From: an uncultured Acidimicrobiia bacterium
GTDB lineage: Bacteria; Actinomycetota; Acidimicrobiia; IMCC26256; JAENVU01
Direction: 5' to 3'
DNA: 64,000 bases
Assembly (NCBI GenBank): GCA_963770105.1
Contig: CAVYOL010000002.1
Span: 392,247 to 456,246, forward strand
Part shown: positions 18,999 through 29,177 of the stretch, one piece after another
Position numbering within the stretch: position 1 is the stretch's first letter
Layout of the letters: the number at the start of each line of letters is the position of its first letter
Translations under genes and position numbers: made by a program
Notes under the pieces: generated by a model
The model's input: only the letters and a program-made list of their open reading frames with translations
What the model was told of the DNA's origin: nothing
Databases searched by the model: none

Positions 18999-21428
18999 CT
19001 ACCCCGTTGCGCACCCGAGCAGGGTGTTCGCGCCGGCCGCCCGGTTGATCCCGTACGCGCACACCGTGTGCTTGCCGAGGGAGCCGGGGAGCGTGGCCAT
19101 GTATCCGTGCTTGTTGCCGTAGCGCGGGAAGAGCGTCGCGATGTCGGGGCGCGCGCTGTCGGCCGTCACGGTCGACGCGTTGCCACCCTGCACGTAGAGC
19201 GCGACGGTGATCGGACCGGTGACGTCCGGATCGATCGCCCAGCCGCGCACCTTGATCCCGCCCGAGTCGGTGCGCACGACGTCGAGCGCACCGAGCGGGT
19301 TGGACGGCAGCGTCACGGAGCGGCAGCCGAGCGTCGAGTTCGTGCCGGGACCGGTGTTGATCCCGTACGTGCAGACCGTGTGGGTACCACTCGGGAGCGT
19401 CAGGTTCGTGTGGTAGCCGTGATCGGCGCCGTAGCCGGGCATCGCGCTCGCGATGTCGGGGCGGGCGTCGTTCGCTTCGAGCACGCGGGCGAGCTGACCG
19501 TCGACGTACACGTGGGTCTGGATCGGATCGGTGCTGTTGGGATCGATGGCCCAGCCCCGGATCGACGTGAAGCCGACGTGCGCCGCGGCCGCGTCGAGCG
19601 CGCCGACGGGATTCGCGTTGACGGTGACCGTCCGGCACCCGATGAGCTGGTTGCTCCCGGGCCCGGTGTTGATCGCGAACGTGCACACCGAGTGGGTGCC
19701 CTGGGGCACCGGGATCGCCGAGTCGAAGCCGTGCTCGGCGCCGAAGCCCGAGAACGCGTGCTGGACGTCGGTGCGCGTCGTGTTCGCCATCAGGGACCCG
19801 ATGGAGGTCCGGCCGTCGATCCAGAAGTCCACCCGGATGGGGTTGGTGGTGTCCGGGTCGATGGCCCAGCCGCGGGCGCGCGCACCGGAGGGGCTCACGC
19901 TCATCCCCTCGAGCGAGCCGAACGGGTTGACGCCGTACAACGGCGACGGCGACGCGGTCATGCGGAGCGGGCCGGTCGCGTACGCGCGGGCCTGGTCCGC
20001 GCCGTGCTTGAACAGCACGTACACCCAGACGTTGCCCGACGGCAGCGGGTTCGGCGCCCAGTGGAACGTGTTGATGCCCTGGGCCACCGGCAGGTCGGAC
20101 GCGATCTTCGTGCCGCCGAACCCACCCTGCGTCGGGCTGGTGTAGATGTCGGCGGTGACGCCGGGCTGCCACCCGTTGTCGTGGAACTTGATGTCGGACG
20201 CGCCGCCGTAGCCGGTCGAGTCCTCGGCGATCTTGATGTTGTCGACGAGGAACTGGCGGGACCCCGAGTCCTCGTCCGGGTCGAACCGCACCGCGGTGAT
20301 GATCTGGCCCGCCCACCCGATGCGGTTCGGGGTGTTGGGATCGGTGATCGCCCAGGGCGGCGACGTGGCGAGATCGACGGTGACGTCGTTCCAACCCGGG
20401 TACACGACGATGTCGTCGCTGTTCTGCCAGACCCCGGGCGCGCCCGCGGTCTGCCAGATCAGGCGCGCCACCATGCCGCCGCCGGGTCCGAAGCCGAGCC
20501 CGAACGACCCCGCGTAGTAGACGCTGAAGCTGAGCCGGTGGAACCGGTTGCCGTCGATCGGACCGGCAAGCGGCAGCGAGAAGTGCGCGTCGTCGGGATG
20601 CGGACCGGTGTTGACCCCGCTCAGCAGCGAGCCGGTGAAGCTGTAGCTCATGTTCTCCGGCGCCAGGATGTCACTGGGCTGGCTCATGTCCCACGCGTCG
20701 CGGCGCACGACGGTGGCGTAGTCGACCCCGCCGGCCGCGGAGGGGCTGTCGACGACGGGCAGCGGGACCGGAGGCGAGGGCGGTGTCGTCGAGCCGGACG
20801 ACGGCGTGAGCCGTAGCCAGTCGAGCTGGATGTGGATGTTCTGGCTGCCCGACGGCACGAGCCGGATCCCCTTGATCACGCCGGCCCAGGGCGGCTTGGA
20901 GCCGGGCTCGGGGAGCGTGCCCTGGCTCGGGATGTCGAACGAGTAGGTGTTGGTCCCGGCGTGCACCGCGAACGCGAACCCGTTCTCGCAATCCGGGATG
21001 ATGTGGTCGCACGAGTACCAGAAGAAGCCGCCCGACGTCTCGATGTCGGAGGTCATCTTGAACGAGACCTTGCGGTACGTGCCGGCGTCGATCGGGTAGA
21101 GGCTGGTGCTGCGCCGGTCCGGGATCGAGCCCGCGATCGCCTGGGCCATGATCAGGCCGCCGCCGGCGTTGATCTTCGCGTCGAGCACCCCGTTCGCGAT
21201 GTTGTACGTCTGGAAGTTCTGGGCCTCGTCGAGGGGGAAGTCCGCGGTGTTCGAGAAGTCCCACGGGTCCGAGAAGTTGACGGTGGCGTAGTCGTTGTCC
21301 GTGCTCGACGCGACCGCGGCGCCGGCGCGCGGGGTCGGCGTCACGGTCGGGGCCAGGACGACGAAGGCGCTCGTCAGCAGCGCGAGTCCGGCAATCAGTG
21401 CCAACGATCTGCGGGCGCGAACGCTCAT
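18999..21428 (-). CDS. Large secreted protein (809 aa): two related beta-rich domains plus three GWAxDPD repeats
   Basis: Signal peptide MSVRARRSLA...; duplicated DYATV..D.WD.S...D...ID...Y/F..LSF...RLxP units; Pro-rich linker; C-terminal repeats. Confidence 0.85.
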   Translation of the reverse strand: MSVRARRSLALIAGLALLTSAFVVLAPTVTPTPRAGAAVASSTDNDYATVNFSDPWDFSNTADFPLDEAQNFQTYNIANGVLDAKINAGGGLIMAQAIAGSIPDRRSTSLYPIDAGTYRKVSFKMTSDIETSGGFFWYSCDHIIPDCENGFAFAVHAGTNTYSFDIPSQGTLPEPGSKPPWAGVIKGIRLVPSGSQNIHIQLDWLRLTPSSGSTTPPSPPVPLPVVDSPSAAGGVDYATVVRRDAWDMSQPSDILAPENMSYSFTGSLLSGVNTGPHPDDAHFSLPLAGPIDGNRFHRLSFSVYYAGSFGLGFGPGGGMVARLIWQTAGAPGVWQNSDDIVVYPGWNDVTVDLATSPPWAITDPNTPNRIGWAGQIITAVRFDPDEDSGSRQFLVDNIKIAEDSTGYGGASDIKFHDNGWQPGVTADIYTSPTQGGFGGTKIASDLPVAQGINTFHWAPNPLPSGNVWVYVLFKHGADQARAYATGPLRMTASPSPLYGVNPFGSLEGMSVSPSGARARGWAIDPDTTNPIRVDFWIDGRTSIGSLMANTTRTDVQHAFSGFGAEHGFDSAIPVPQGTHSVCTFAINTGPGSNQLIGCRTVTVNANPVGALDAAAAHVGFTSIRGWAIDPNSTDPIQTHVYVDGQLARVLEANDARPDIASAMPGYGADHGYHTNLTLPSGTHTVCTYGINTGPGTNSTLGCRSVTLPSNPLGALDVVRTDSGGIKVRGWAIDPDVTGPITVALYVQGGNASTVTADSARPDIATLFPRYGNKHGYMATLPGSLGKHTVCAYGINRAAGANTLLGCATG

Positions 21429-21500
21429 CCGTGATCGACCATCCAGACAGGGAACAGGGGTGCAGCCACCGCACGAGCGGAGCTCGAGCCTCGAGCTCTG

Positions 21501-21528
21501 TATCGGCGGGCGCGCGCGGGGCCTTGAG
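21501..21528 (-). promoter_or_regulatory. Sigma28 (FliA/WhiG)-type promoter
   Basis: Minus strand CTCAAG-N15-GCCGATA, 72 nt upstream of ATG 21428. Confidence 0.65.
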
Positions 21529-21535
21529 CCGGGGC

Positions 21536-22843
21536 TCAGGTGGGTCGTGAAGCCGCGGCGCGGTCCGCACGCCGCGAACCCAACATAGCTGGAGCCAAAC
21601 GGAGAAAGCCGCCAAAGGCCCGAAGCCGGGCGGTCAGCTGGGTGGGGCGCACCGGTGCCCCGGACCGCAGGGGGGCGACGACGTCCCGGCGGGCGTACGA
21701 GCCGGTCACCAGCACGTAGCGCACCAGGGCCCGGGCCAGCAGGCCGAAGGAGCCGTGGCGCAGGAGCACGAGCAGCCGGTTGCGCTCCTTCAGCGTCGCG
21801 GCGCGGACCGAGCGGGCCGACGTCGCCGAATGGATGTGGCGCACCACCGAGCCGGGGACGTAGCGGTGCCGCCAGCCGCGCTGCAGCCCGCGCCACGCGA
21901 GCTCCAGGTCCTCGGAGTAGAGGAAGAGCCGCTCGTCGAACGTCCCGATGTCGCGCAGGTACGTGGCGCGCAGCAGGACCGCCGCGCCGCACCACGCGAA
22001 CACGTCTTCGGCGCGCTCGTACTGGCCGGCGTCGCGCTCGAGCCAGCCCCGGTCGGCCGCGTACCCGTCCGCGACGAGGTGGGTGCCGACGTTGTTCACG
22101 ACGTCGAACTGCTCGCCGTCCGTCGGGATCGCGTACCAGGACGGTTCCGGTCCCACCGACAACGTCACCCGTCGGTCGCCCGACCTGACGGTCACGGTGG
22201 TCTCGCGGGGCGCGTCGAGCCGGAGCTCACCGCGGCCCGACGCTGCGTCCAGCACCGGCACGAGGAGCGCCGCGTCGCCGCTCGTCCACTGGAACTCGCC
22301 TCCGGTCGGATCGAGCTCCGGACCCCAGGTGCCGCGGCGCACGCGGAGGTCGCGCCAGATGTCGTCGCTGCCGACGCGGGCACCGGTGATCCGCACTCCG
22401 AGGTCGCGGGCGTCGCCGTGACCGATCCGGGTCGTCGCCGTGGTGATCCCGACCTCGCGGTAGCCGCGTGCGAGCAGGATCTTCGGGGACGCGGCACCGA
22501 GCGCGGGGTCGGCCGCCAACGTCTCGAGCAGCGGGTGCAACCAGCCCGGCGGGACCGTGGCGTCGTTGTTGACGAGCGCAACGTAGTCGACGTCGTCGAG
22601 GTCGCCCATCCCGAGGTTGCAGCCGCCCGCGAAGCCGAGGTTCTGCGAGCTCTCGATGACGCGCACGGTCGGGAGGTCCTCACGGACCTGCTTCACCACG
22701 GAGTGCTGCGACGCGTTGTCGACCAGGACGATCTCGAGTGCCGTGCCCGCGGGCTCGGTCGCCACGAGGTGCTCGAGGCACTCGATCGTGAGGTCGCCAC
22801 CGTTGTAGTCGACCACCACGACACGGACTCGAGGCGTCGTCAC
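21536..22843 (-). CDS. GT2 family glycosyltransferase (rhamnosyltransferase-like) with an internal inserted domain
   Basis: VVVVDYN, VDNAS, NLGFAGGCN, VNND, FAWCGAAVLLR, FLYSEDLELAWR. Confidence 0.88.
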   Translation of the reverse strand: MTTPRVRVVVVDYNGGDLTIECLEHLVATEPAGTALEIVLVDNASQHSVVKQVREDLPTVRVIESSQNLGFAGGCNLGMGDLDDVDYVALVNNDATVPPGWLHPLLETLAADPALGAASPKILLARGYREVGITTATTRIGHGDARDLGVRITGARVGSDDIWRDLRVRRGTWGPELDPTGGEFQWTSGDAALLVPVLDAASGRGELRLDAPRETTVTVRSGDRRVTLSVGPEPSWYAIPTDGEQFDVVNNVGTHLVADGYAADRGWLERDAGQYERAEDVFAWCGAAVLLRATYLRDIGTFDERLFLYSEDLELAWRGLQRGWRHRYVPGSVVRHIHSATSARSVRAATLKERNRLLVLLRHGSFGLLARALVRYVLVTGSYARRDVVAPLRSGAPVRPTQLTARLRAFGGFLRLAPAMLGSRRADRAAASRPT

Positions 22844-24399
22844 ACGGCCACCGGCGCTTCGCCGACCACCACGGGGCTGGTCCCGACTGCTCCCGCGTCC
22901 TCCGGGTCCGGATCGCGACGGCGGTGCAGCAGCTCCGTCGGCGCGAGCACGATCCACCAGAGGCCCACCGTGATGACGGCGCCGAACCCGAGGATCAGGA
23001 CCAGTGACGGGATCGGCGGGTTCCAGCGGGCGTCGGGGAAGAACCACACCGGACCGTCCGTGCCGACGGCGTAGCGCCGGATCGCCTCGCTGATCGCGAG
23101 GATCTGAGCCACCGAGAGCGCGGCGACGATGACGATCGCCAACCGGCGGCCGAGGCGCCGCGCGTTCTCGGACGAGCCCACGCCGATGCCGGCGATGATC
23201 GGGACCCCGACCGCGAGCGGGAGCGAGTAGCGGCCCTGCCAGATGAAGCCGGCTTCGTGCGCGCCCGCAGCTTCGACGATCACCGGGAGCACGACGGTGA
23301 CGACGGTGGCGGCGAGGAGCGCGATCACGAACCGGGCGGACGCGACGGCGAGGGCCAACGCGGCGATGCCGCCGAGCGCGAGCACCCAGATCAGGAAGGT
23401 GACCCCGGGCGCCCGGGTGTCGAGCCAGCCGAAGACGCCGACCATCTCGCGCAGCATCTCCCCGCTCTTGCCCAGGCTGGTCTGGAGCAGCGCGCGGCCG
23501 GACTCGTGCACCGGGGTGCCGACGAAGTGGCTCAACGGCTGGCCGTAGACGTACCACCAGGCCTGGAACGCGGAGCACACGGCCAGCGCGCCACCCCAGA
23601 TCCAGACCCGGTGCGACTTCGCCAGCGCGAGCAGGCCGGCGCGGGTTACGAGGACGAGCATCACGAGACCGAGCACCCCGAGCCAGAGGGGCGACAGCGC
23701 GCGCGAGAGGACGAGCAGGCACGCGGCGATCCCGAGCCGGTCGACCAGCTTCGGGTCGACGGAGTCGGTGGCTTCCTGCGCCAGCACCGTCCCGTGCACC
23801 CAGACCCCGATCGCCGCGCCGATCTCCACCCCGCTCGGGCTCACGGTCCCGGCGAGGAACAGCACCATCGGTGACATCGCGATCGCCAGCCCGGTGCCGG
23901 CCCACATCGGGATGAGGGTGCGCCGCAGCGATTCGAGGGCCGAGGCGAGCAGCGCGGCGATCACGAGCATGCCGAGCGCCCGCATCAGATACACCTGGCC
24001 CGCACCGGGGCGCAGGACCCGGCTGAAGAACCCGACGCCCGCGTAGTACGCCGGCGGGTGGTGGCCGACGTAGGTCATCTCGTGGATCTCGTGACGCGTG
24101 CCCACGAGGTTGAGGCAGTCGCCCGTCGTGTCCCGCTGGAACGCGAGGCACGCGACGTTGCCCCCGTTCTGGTAGATCCCCGGCGCGGTGACGATCACGG
24201 CCGCGTTGCCGAACGGTGCGACCTGCTGGGCCTTCGGGACCGTCCGCCCGATCAGCTCGCCCCGCCCGACGGACGCGGCGCGCACGACGTGGGCAGGCTC
24301 ATCGGGGGCGGCGAAGAGCGGTGTGGCCAGGACCCAGGCCAGCCCGAGGATGGCGAAGATCGCGAAGGACGTCCACCACCGCAGGTTCACGCGCTTCAC
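22840..24399 (-). CDS. DUF2142-family polytopic membrane protein (GT-C-like)
   Basis: TPLFAAPDEPAHVVRA, HPPAYY, GVFGWLD, WQGRYSLP; about 11 TM helices. Confidence 0.82.
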   Translation of the reverse strand: MKRVNLRWWTSFAIFAILGLAWVLATPLFAAPDEPAHVVRAASVGRGELIGRTVPKAQQVAPFGNAAVIVTAPGIYQNGGNVACLAFQRDTTGDCLNLVGTRHEIHEMTYVGHHPPAYYAGVGFFSRVLRPGAGQVYLMRALGMLVIAALLASALESLRRTLIPMWAGTGLAIAMSPMVLFLAGTVSPSGVEIGAAIGVWVHGTVLAQEATDSVDPKLVDRLGIAACLLVLSRALSPLWLGVLGLVMLVLVTRAGLLALAKSHRVWIWGGALAVCSAFQAWWYVYGQPLSHFVGTPVHESGRALLQTSLGKSGEMLREMVGVFGWLDTRAPGVTFLIWVLALGGIAALALAVASARFVIALLAATVVTVVLPVIVEAAGAHEAGFIWQGRYSLPLAVGVPIIAGIGVGSSENARRLGRRLAIVIVAALSVAQILAISEAIRRYAVGTDGPVWFFPDARWNPPIPSLVLILGFGAVITVGLWWIVLAPTELLHRRRDPDPEDAGAVGTSPVVVGEAPVAV

Positions 24400-24407
24400 G
24401 TCACGGC

Positions 24408-25370
24408 CTACGCCGTCCGCCGCTTGAGCGGCTCCCACCACGTCGGGTTGTCGCGGTACCACGCGACGGTGGTCTCGAGCGCCTCGCGGAACTCGCGCTC
24501 CGGTGCCCACCCGAGCGCGCGCGCCTTCGAGATGTCGATGGAGTAGCGCCGGTCGTGGCCGAGGCGGTCGTCGACGTAGTCGATCATCGACTCGTCGTGG
24601 CCGAGGATCTCGAGGATGCTGTCGGTCAGGTACCGGTTCGGCACCTCGTTGCCCGCGCCGATGTTGTAGATCTCGCCGACCGTCCCCCGGCGCAGCACGA
24701 GGTCGACGCCACGGCAGTTGTCCCCGACGTAGCACCAGTCCCGCACGTTCATGCCGTCGCCGTAGAGCGGCACCTTCTTCCCCTCGAGGAGGTTGGTGAC
24801 GAACAGCGGGATCACCTTCTCGGGGAACTGGTAGGGCCCGAAGTTGTTCGACGAGCGGGTGACGAGCACGGGCAGCCCGTAGGTCGAGTGGTACGACAGC
24901 GCGATGAGATCCGAACCGGCCTTGGAGGCCGAGTACGGCGACCTCGGCTCGAGCGGGTCGACCTCGGTGAACGAGCCCTCCTCGATCGAGCCGTAGACCT
25001 CGTCGGTCGAGATGTGGAGGAATCGGTCCACCCCGACGTGACGGGCGACGTCGCACATGACGTTCGTGCCGTCGCAGTTGGTGTGCACGAACTCGTCCGG
25101 GCTCGCGATCGAACGGTCGACGTGGCTCTCGGCCGCGAAGTGGACGACGGCGTCGTGGCCGTCCATGGCGGCGGTGACGGCGTCCCGATCGGTGATGTTG
25201 CCCTTCACGAACGTGAAGCGGGGGTCGTCCTCCACGTCGGCGAGGTTCTCGAGGTTTCCCGCGTAGGTGAGCGCGTCGAAGACCGTCACCTCGTCGTCGG
25301 AGGTCTCGAGCACGTGGTGGACGTAGTTCGAGCCGATGAAGCCGGCGGCGCCGGTCACGAAGAGTCGCAT
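24408..25370 (-). CDS. rfbB: dTDP-glucose 4,6-dehydratase
   Basis: VTGAAGFIGSN, DALTYAGN, AAESHVDRSI, STDEVYG, YSASKAGSD, DRLGHDRRY. Confidence 0.95.
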   Translation of the reverse strand: MRLFVTGAAGFIGSNYVHHVLETSDDEVTVFDALTYAGNLENLADVEDDPRFTFVKGNITDRDAVTAAMDGHDAVVHFAAESHVDRSIASPDEFVHTNCDGTNVMCDVARHVGVDRFLHISTDEVYGSIEEGSFTEVDPLEPRSPYSASKAGSDLIALSYHSTYGLPVLVTRSSNNFGPYQFPEKVIPLFVTNLLEGKKVPLYGDGMNVRDWCYVGDNCRGVDLVLRRGTVGEIYNIGAGNEVPNRYLTDSILEILGHDESMIDYVDDRLGHDRRYSIDISKARALGWAPEREFREALETTVAWYRDNPTWWEPLKRRTA

Positions 25371-25572
25371 GCGGGTGATGTCCTCGTGGTCGCTCAGGGG
25401 GCGCCCCACGCTAGGCCATCGGGTCGTCGGCGCCCCGTACTTCCGACCGCCGGGTCGCACGGATCCGCCCGATCCGGCCGGATCTCGGCCGTCCGGCTCC
25501 AGATGTGGCGCCGCGCACCCGATGAAGAGAACGGGAAGCTGACGTTGCCGAAGTCTGCCCCAACCCCTCACA

Positions 25573-27196
25573 ATGGACCGGAGGATCGTGGCTCGCATTC
25601 GGAGATCGCCCGCAATTGTGCTCGCACTGCTGCTTGCCGTCGCGCTCGCAGTCGGCAGTGTGGCGATCGAGCGCCCCGCGCCCGCGCACGCCGCGGCGCT
25701 GCCGACGGTGCCGGTCATGGGCCCGAACATCCTCACCGCGGACCAGATCACCGCTTGGTACAACTCGAAGCACCAGGCCTTCAACGTCCCGGGCATCAGC
25801 GTGCACGACCTGGCGTTCACCTTCCTCGCGGAAGGCGCGGCGGAGAACGTGCGTGGCGACCTGGCGTTCGCGCAGTCGATCGTCGAGACCGGGTACTTCG
25901 GCTTCGTCGGCAGCATCGTGAGCCCGGCCAACTGGAACTTCGCCGGCATGGGCGCGTGTGACACCTGCAACTCGGGCCGGCAGTTCCCGAGCCCGGACAT
26001 CGGGGTGCGCGCGCAGATCCAGGACCTCCGCAACTACGCGGACCCGGCTTCGCGCGCGGCCAACCTGCACCACCCACCGGTGCCCGAGTGGTACGCGTGG
26101 CCGAGCCTCAACCCGGTGACCGCGGCGTACAACTTCGACCACTTCTTCCGGAAGGGTCTCGCGCCGACCTGGAACCAGATGGGCAATGGCAACCACGCGA
26201 CGTCACCGAACTACGGGCCCGCGGTCATCAACGTCTACATGAGCATGCTGACGTTCAACGGCCTCCCCGCGGCGGCCGCGGCCGGCGCCGATCCGGTCGG
26301 CAACCTCGAGCTCGTGCAGCGGACGCCCGCCGGCGTGCACATCCGCGGCTGGACCGTCGACCCGTCGAAGAGCAACCCGACCGCGGTCGACGTCTACGTG
26401 AACGGTGTGGGCTTCGCCCGCACGATCGCGAACGACGACCGGCCCGACGTCAGCGCCGCGTTCACCGCGGCGGGGCCCGACCACGGCTTCGACACGACCT
26501 TGCCGATCGAGGGCGGGACCGTCTGTGTGTACGCGATCAACATCGGCGCGGGCACCCGCAACCCCTCGCTGGGGTGTCGCACGGTGCCGGGCCCGAACCC
26601 GTCCGCCCGCATCGAGGCGATCAGCCGCCAGCCCGACGGCCTCCACCTCAGCGGCTGGACGGTCGACCCTGACTCCGCCAGCCCCACCAACCTCGACGTC
26701 TACGCCAACGGGGTCGGCGTCGCCCACCTCACGGCCCAGGGCTCCCGGCCCGACGTCGCCGCGGTGTTCCCCGGCTACGGCGCGGCCCACGGCTTCGACG
26801 TCGTGCTGCCCGGCGTCGGCGGCAACGTGTGCGTGTACGCGATCAACCTCGGTGCCGGTGCGAACACGTCGCTCGGCTGCCGCAGCTTCCTCGGCCCGAA
26901 CCCGGTCGGCCACCTGGACTCGGCGACCCATCAGGCCGACGGGATCCGCGTGCAGGGCTGGGCGCTCGACGCGGACACCGACCGCGGCCACGATGGTGGA
27001 CATCTACGCGAACGGGGTCGGGTACGCCCGCATCCCCGCCGGCGTGGCCCGCAACGACGTCGGGAAGGCCTATCCCGACTACGGGATCTTCCGTGGGTTC
27101 GACATCGTCGTGCCCATCGCGGGGGGCCAGGTGTGCGCCTACGGAGTCAACGCAGGTCCGGGCAACAACGTGTTGTTGGGGTGCCGCAACGCCTGA
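25573..27196 (+). CDS. Secreted glucosaminidase (GH73-like) with three C-terminal GWxxDxD repeats (frameshift ~26985; start may be GTG 25588)
   Basis: Signal peptide; EGAAENVRGDLAFAQSIVETG, NFAGMGA, GVRAQIQ, ATSPNYG; repeats follow. Confidence 0.82.
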
Positions 27197-27229
27197 TCGT
27201 CAGAAGGACTTCGTCTAACCTGCGCGCGG

Positions 27230-28315
27230 ATGAAGGGGCTGATCCTGTCGGGCGGCGCGGGCACCCGTCTGCGCCCCATCACGCACACGAGCGCGAAGCA
27301 GCTCGTCCCGATCGCGAACAAGCCGATCCTCTTCTACGGCATCGAGGACATGGTCGCCGCCGGGATCACCGAGATCGGCATCGTCGTCGGGGACACCGCG
27401 GCGGAGATCAAGGCGGCCGTCGGTGACGGCTCGAGCTTCGGCGCGCGGGTCACCTACATCCCCCAGGACGCCCCGCTCGGCCTCGCGCACTGCGTGCGGA
27501 TCGCCGGGGACTTCCTCGGTGACGACGACTTCGTCATGTACCTCGGCGACAACATGCTCCAGCAGGGCCTCGCCGAGTTCGTCGAGCAGTTCGAGAGCGC
27601 CCGCGCCCGGGACGGCGCCGACGCGCCGACGGCGCAGATCCTCCTCGCGCACGTCGAGGACCCGACCCAGTTCGGCGTCGCGGCGGTGAACGAGGTGGGC
27701 GAAGTGCTCTACCTGGTGGAAAAGCCCGCGGATCCGCCCTCGGACCTGGCGCTGGTCGGGGTCTATCTCTTCGACGCGGAGATCCACCGCGCGGTCGCGG
27801 CCATCGAGCCCTCGGCGCGCGGCGAGCTCGAGATCACCGACGCGATCCAGTGGCTGCTGGAGCACGGCAAGCGCGTCCGCCACGAGGTGCTGCGCGGCTG
27901 GTGGATCGACACGGGCAAGAAGGATCCGCTCCTCGACTGCAACCGGCTCGTGCTCGAGACCCTCGAATCGCGCAATGACGGCAAGGTGGATGAGGCGTCG
28001 ACCATCGAGGGGAACGTCGTCATCGAGGCCGGTGGCGAAGTCGTCGGCTCGCGGATCCGCGGTCCGGCGATCATCGGCGAGCGCACACGCGTCGTGAACA
28101 GCTACATCGGTCCGTTCACGTCGGTCGCGGCCGATTGCGAGGTCGTCGACTCGGAGCTCGACCACTCGGTCGTGCTGTCGGGCAGCCGGATCCTCGGCAT
28201 CGACAAGCTCACGGATTCGCTCGTCGGCCGGAAGGTGGAGGTCGTCCGCTCCGACCGCCGCCCGCACGCACTTCGACTCATGCTCGGCGATCACTCAAAG
28301 GTGGAGCTCGACTGA
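27230..28315 (+). CDS. rfbA: Glucose-1-phosphate thymidylyltransferase (long form)
   Basis: GGAGTRLRPITHTSAKQLVPIANKP, PLGLAH, YLGDN, EKP, SARGELEITD. Confidence 0.95.
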   Translation: MKGLILSGGAGTRLRPITHTSAKQLVPIANKPILFYGIEDMVAAGITEIGIVVGDTAAEIKAAVGDGSSFGARVTYIPQDAPLGLAHCVRIAGDFLGDDDFVMYLGDNMLQQGLAEFVEQFESARARDGADAPTAQILLAHVEDPTQFGVAAVNEVGEVLYLVEKPADPPSDLALVGVYLFDAEIHRAVAAIEPSARGELEITDAIQWLLEHGKRVRHEVLRGWWIDTGKKDPLLDCNRLVLETLESRNDGKVDEASTIEGNVVIEAGGEVVGSRIRGPAIIGERTRVVNSYIGPFTSVAADCEVVDSELDHSVVLSGSRILGIDKLTDSLVGRKVEVVRSDRRPHALRLMLGDHSKVELD

Positions 28316-28881
28316 TGGCAACCGTCACGGAGTCCGACGTCATCCGCGACGTCTACGTCGTCGAGCCGCTGATCCACGGCGACGCGCGCGGCTACTTCAT
28401 CGAGACCTACCGGCGCGAGTGGTTCCCCCTCGGGCGCGAGATGGTGCAGGGAAACCGCGGGGACCGCGTCGCCGGCTCCGTCGTGGGGCTGCACTACCAC
28501 CTGCACCAGGCGGACTACTGGTACGTGCCGTACGGGCGCTGCCGGGTCGTGCTGCACGACCTGCGCGAGGGCTCGCCGACCGACGGCGCCACGCAGGTGA
28601 TCGACCTCGGGCGGCTCGAGGACGGCTCGCACGACCACCGGGGGGTGTTCATCCCGCCCGGGGTCGCGCACGGCTTCGCCGCGCTGACGGACATGACGAT
28701 CACGTACCTGGTCGACGGCTACTACAACGGCGCCGACGAGCTCGGGGTCGCATGGGACGATCCGGCCATCACGGCCGATTGGGGCGTCACCGATCCGGTG
28801 CTCTCGGACCGGGACCTGAAGAACCCGCGTCGCGACGAGCTCGACCCGCAGTTCCGGCCGCACGCGCGACTTCGTACATAA
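28315..28881 (+). CDS. rfbC: dTDP-4-dehydrorhamnose 3,5-epimerase
   Basis: DARGYFIE, GLHYH, DLREGSPT, IPPGVAHGF, WDDP, LSDRD. Confidence 0.92.
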   Translation: MATVTESDVIRDVYVVEPLIHGDARGYFIETYRREWFPLGREMVQGNRGDRVAGSVVGLHYHLHQADYWYVPYGRCRVVLHDLREGSPTDGATQVIDLGRLEDGSHDHRGVFIPPGVAHGFAALTDMTITYLVDGYYNGADELGVAWDDPAITADWGVTDPVLSDRDLKNPRRDELDPQFRPHARLRT

Positions 28882-29151
28882 GCGGCGTTTGGCCTACGGG
28901 CCGTGAACGGTCGTGAAATTCTCAGGTTGCGCCACAAGTCACGTCGTGCGCGCACGGAGTGGGACGGTGCCGCGGATGTTGCCCGCGGTGCGCGAGTTCC
29001 CGTTCGTCCCCACGCTGCGTGAGATCAATACCTGACATTTAGGACAACTGTTCTCACCACGCGCACGGAGTGAGACCACGTTACGGCGTGCGCGGAGCCC
29101 GCTTCGTTAGCCTCCCAGGGTCCTTCGTGGGTTCCCCGGAGGCGCGCGGGT

Positions 29152-29177
29152 TCAAGGTTGTGAACCCCGTTGCCGAT
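29152..29177 (+). promoter_or_regulatory. Sigma28 (FliA/WhiG)-type promoter
   Basis: TCAAG-N15-GCCGAT about 95 nt upstream of ATG 29272. Confidence 0.62.
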
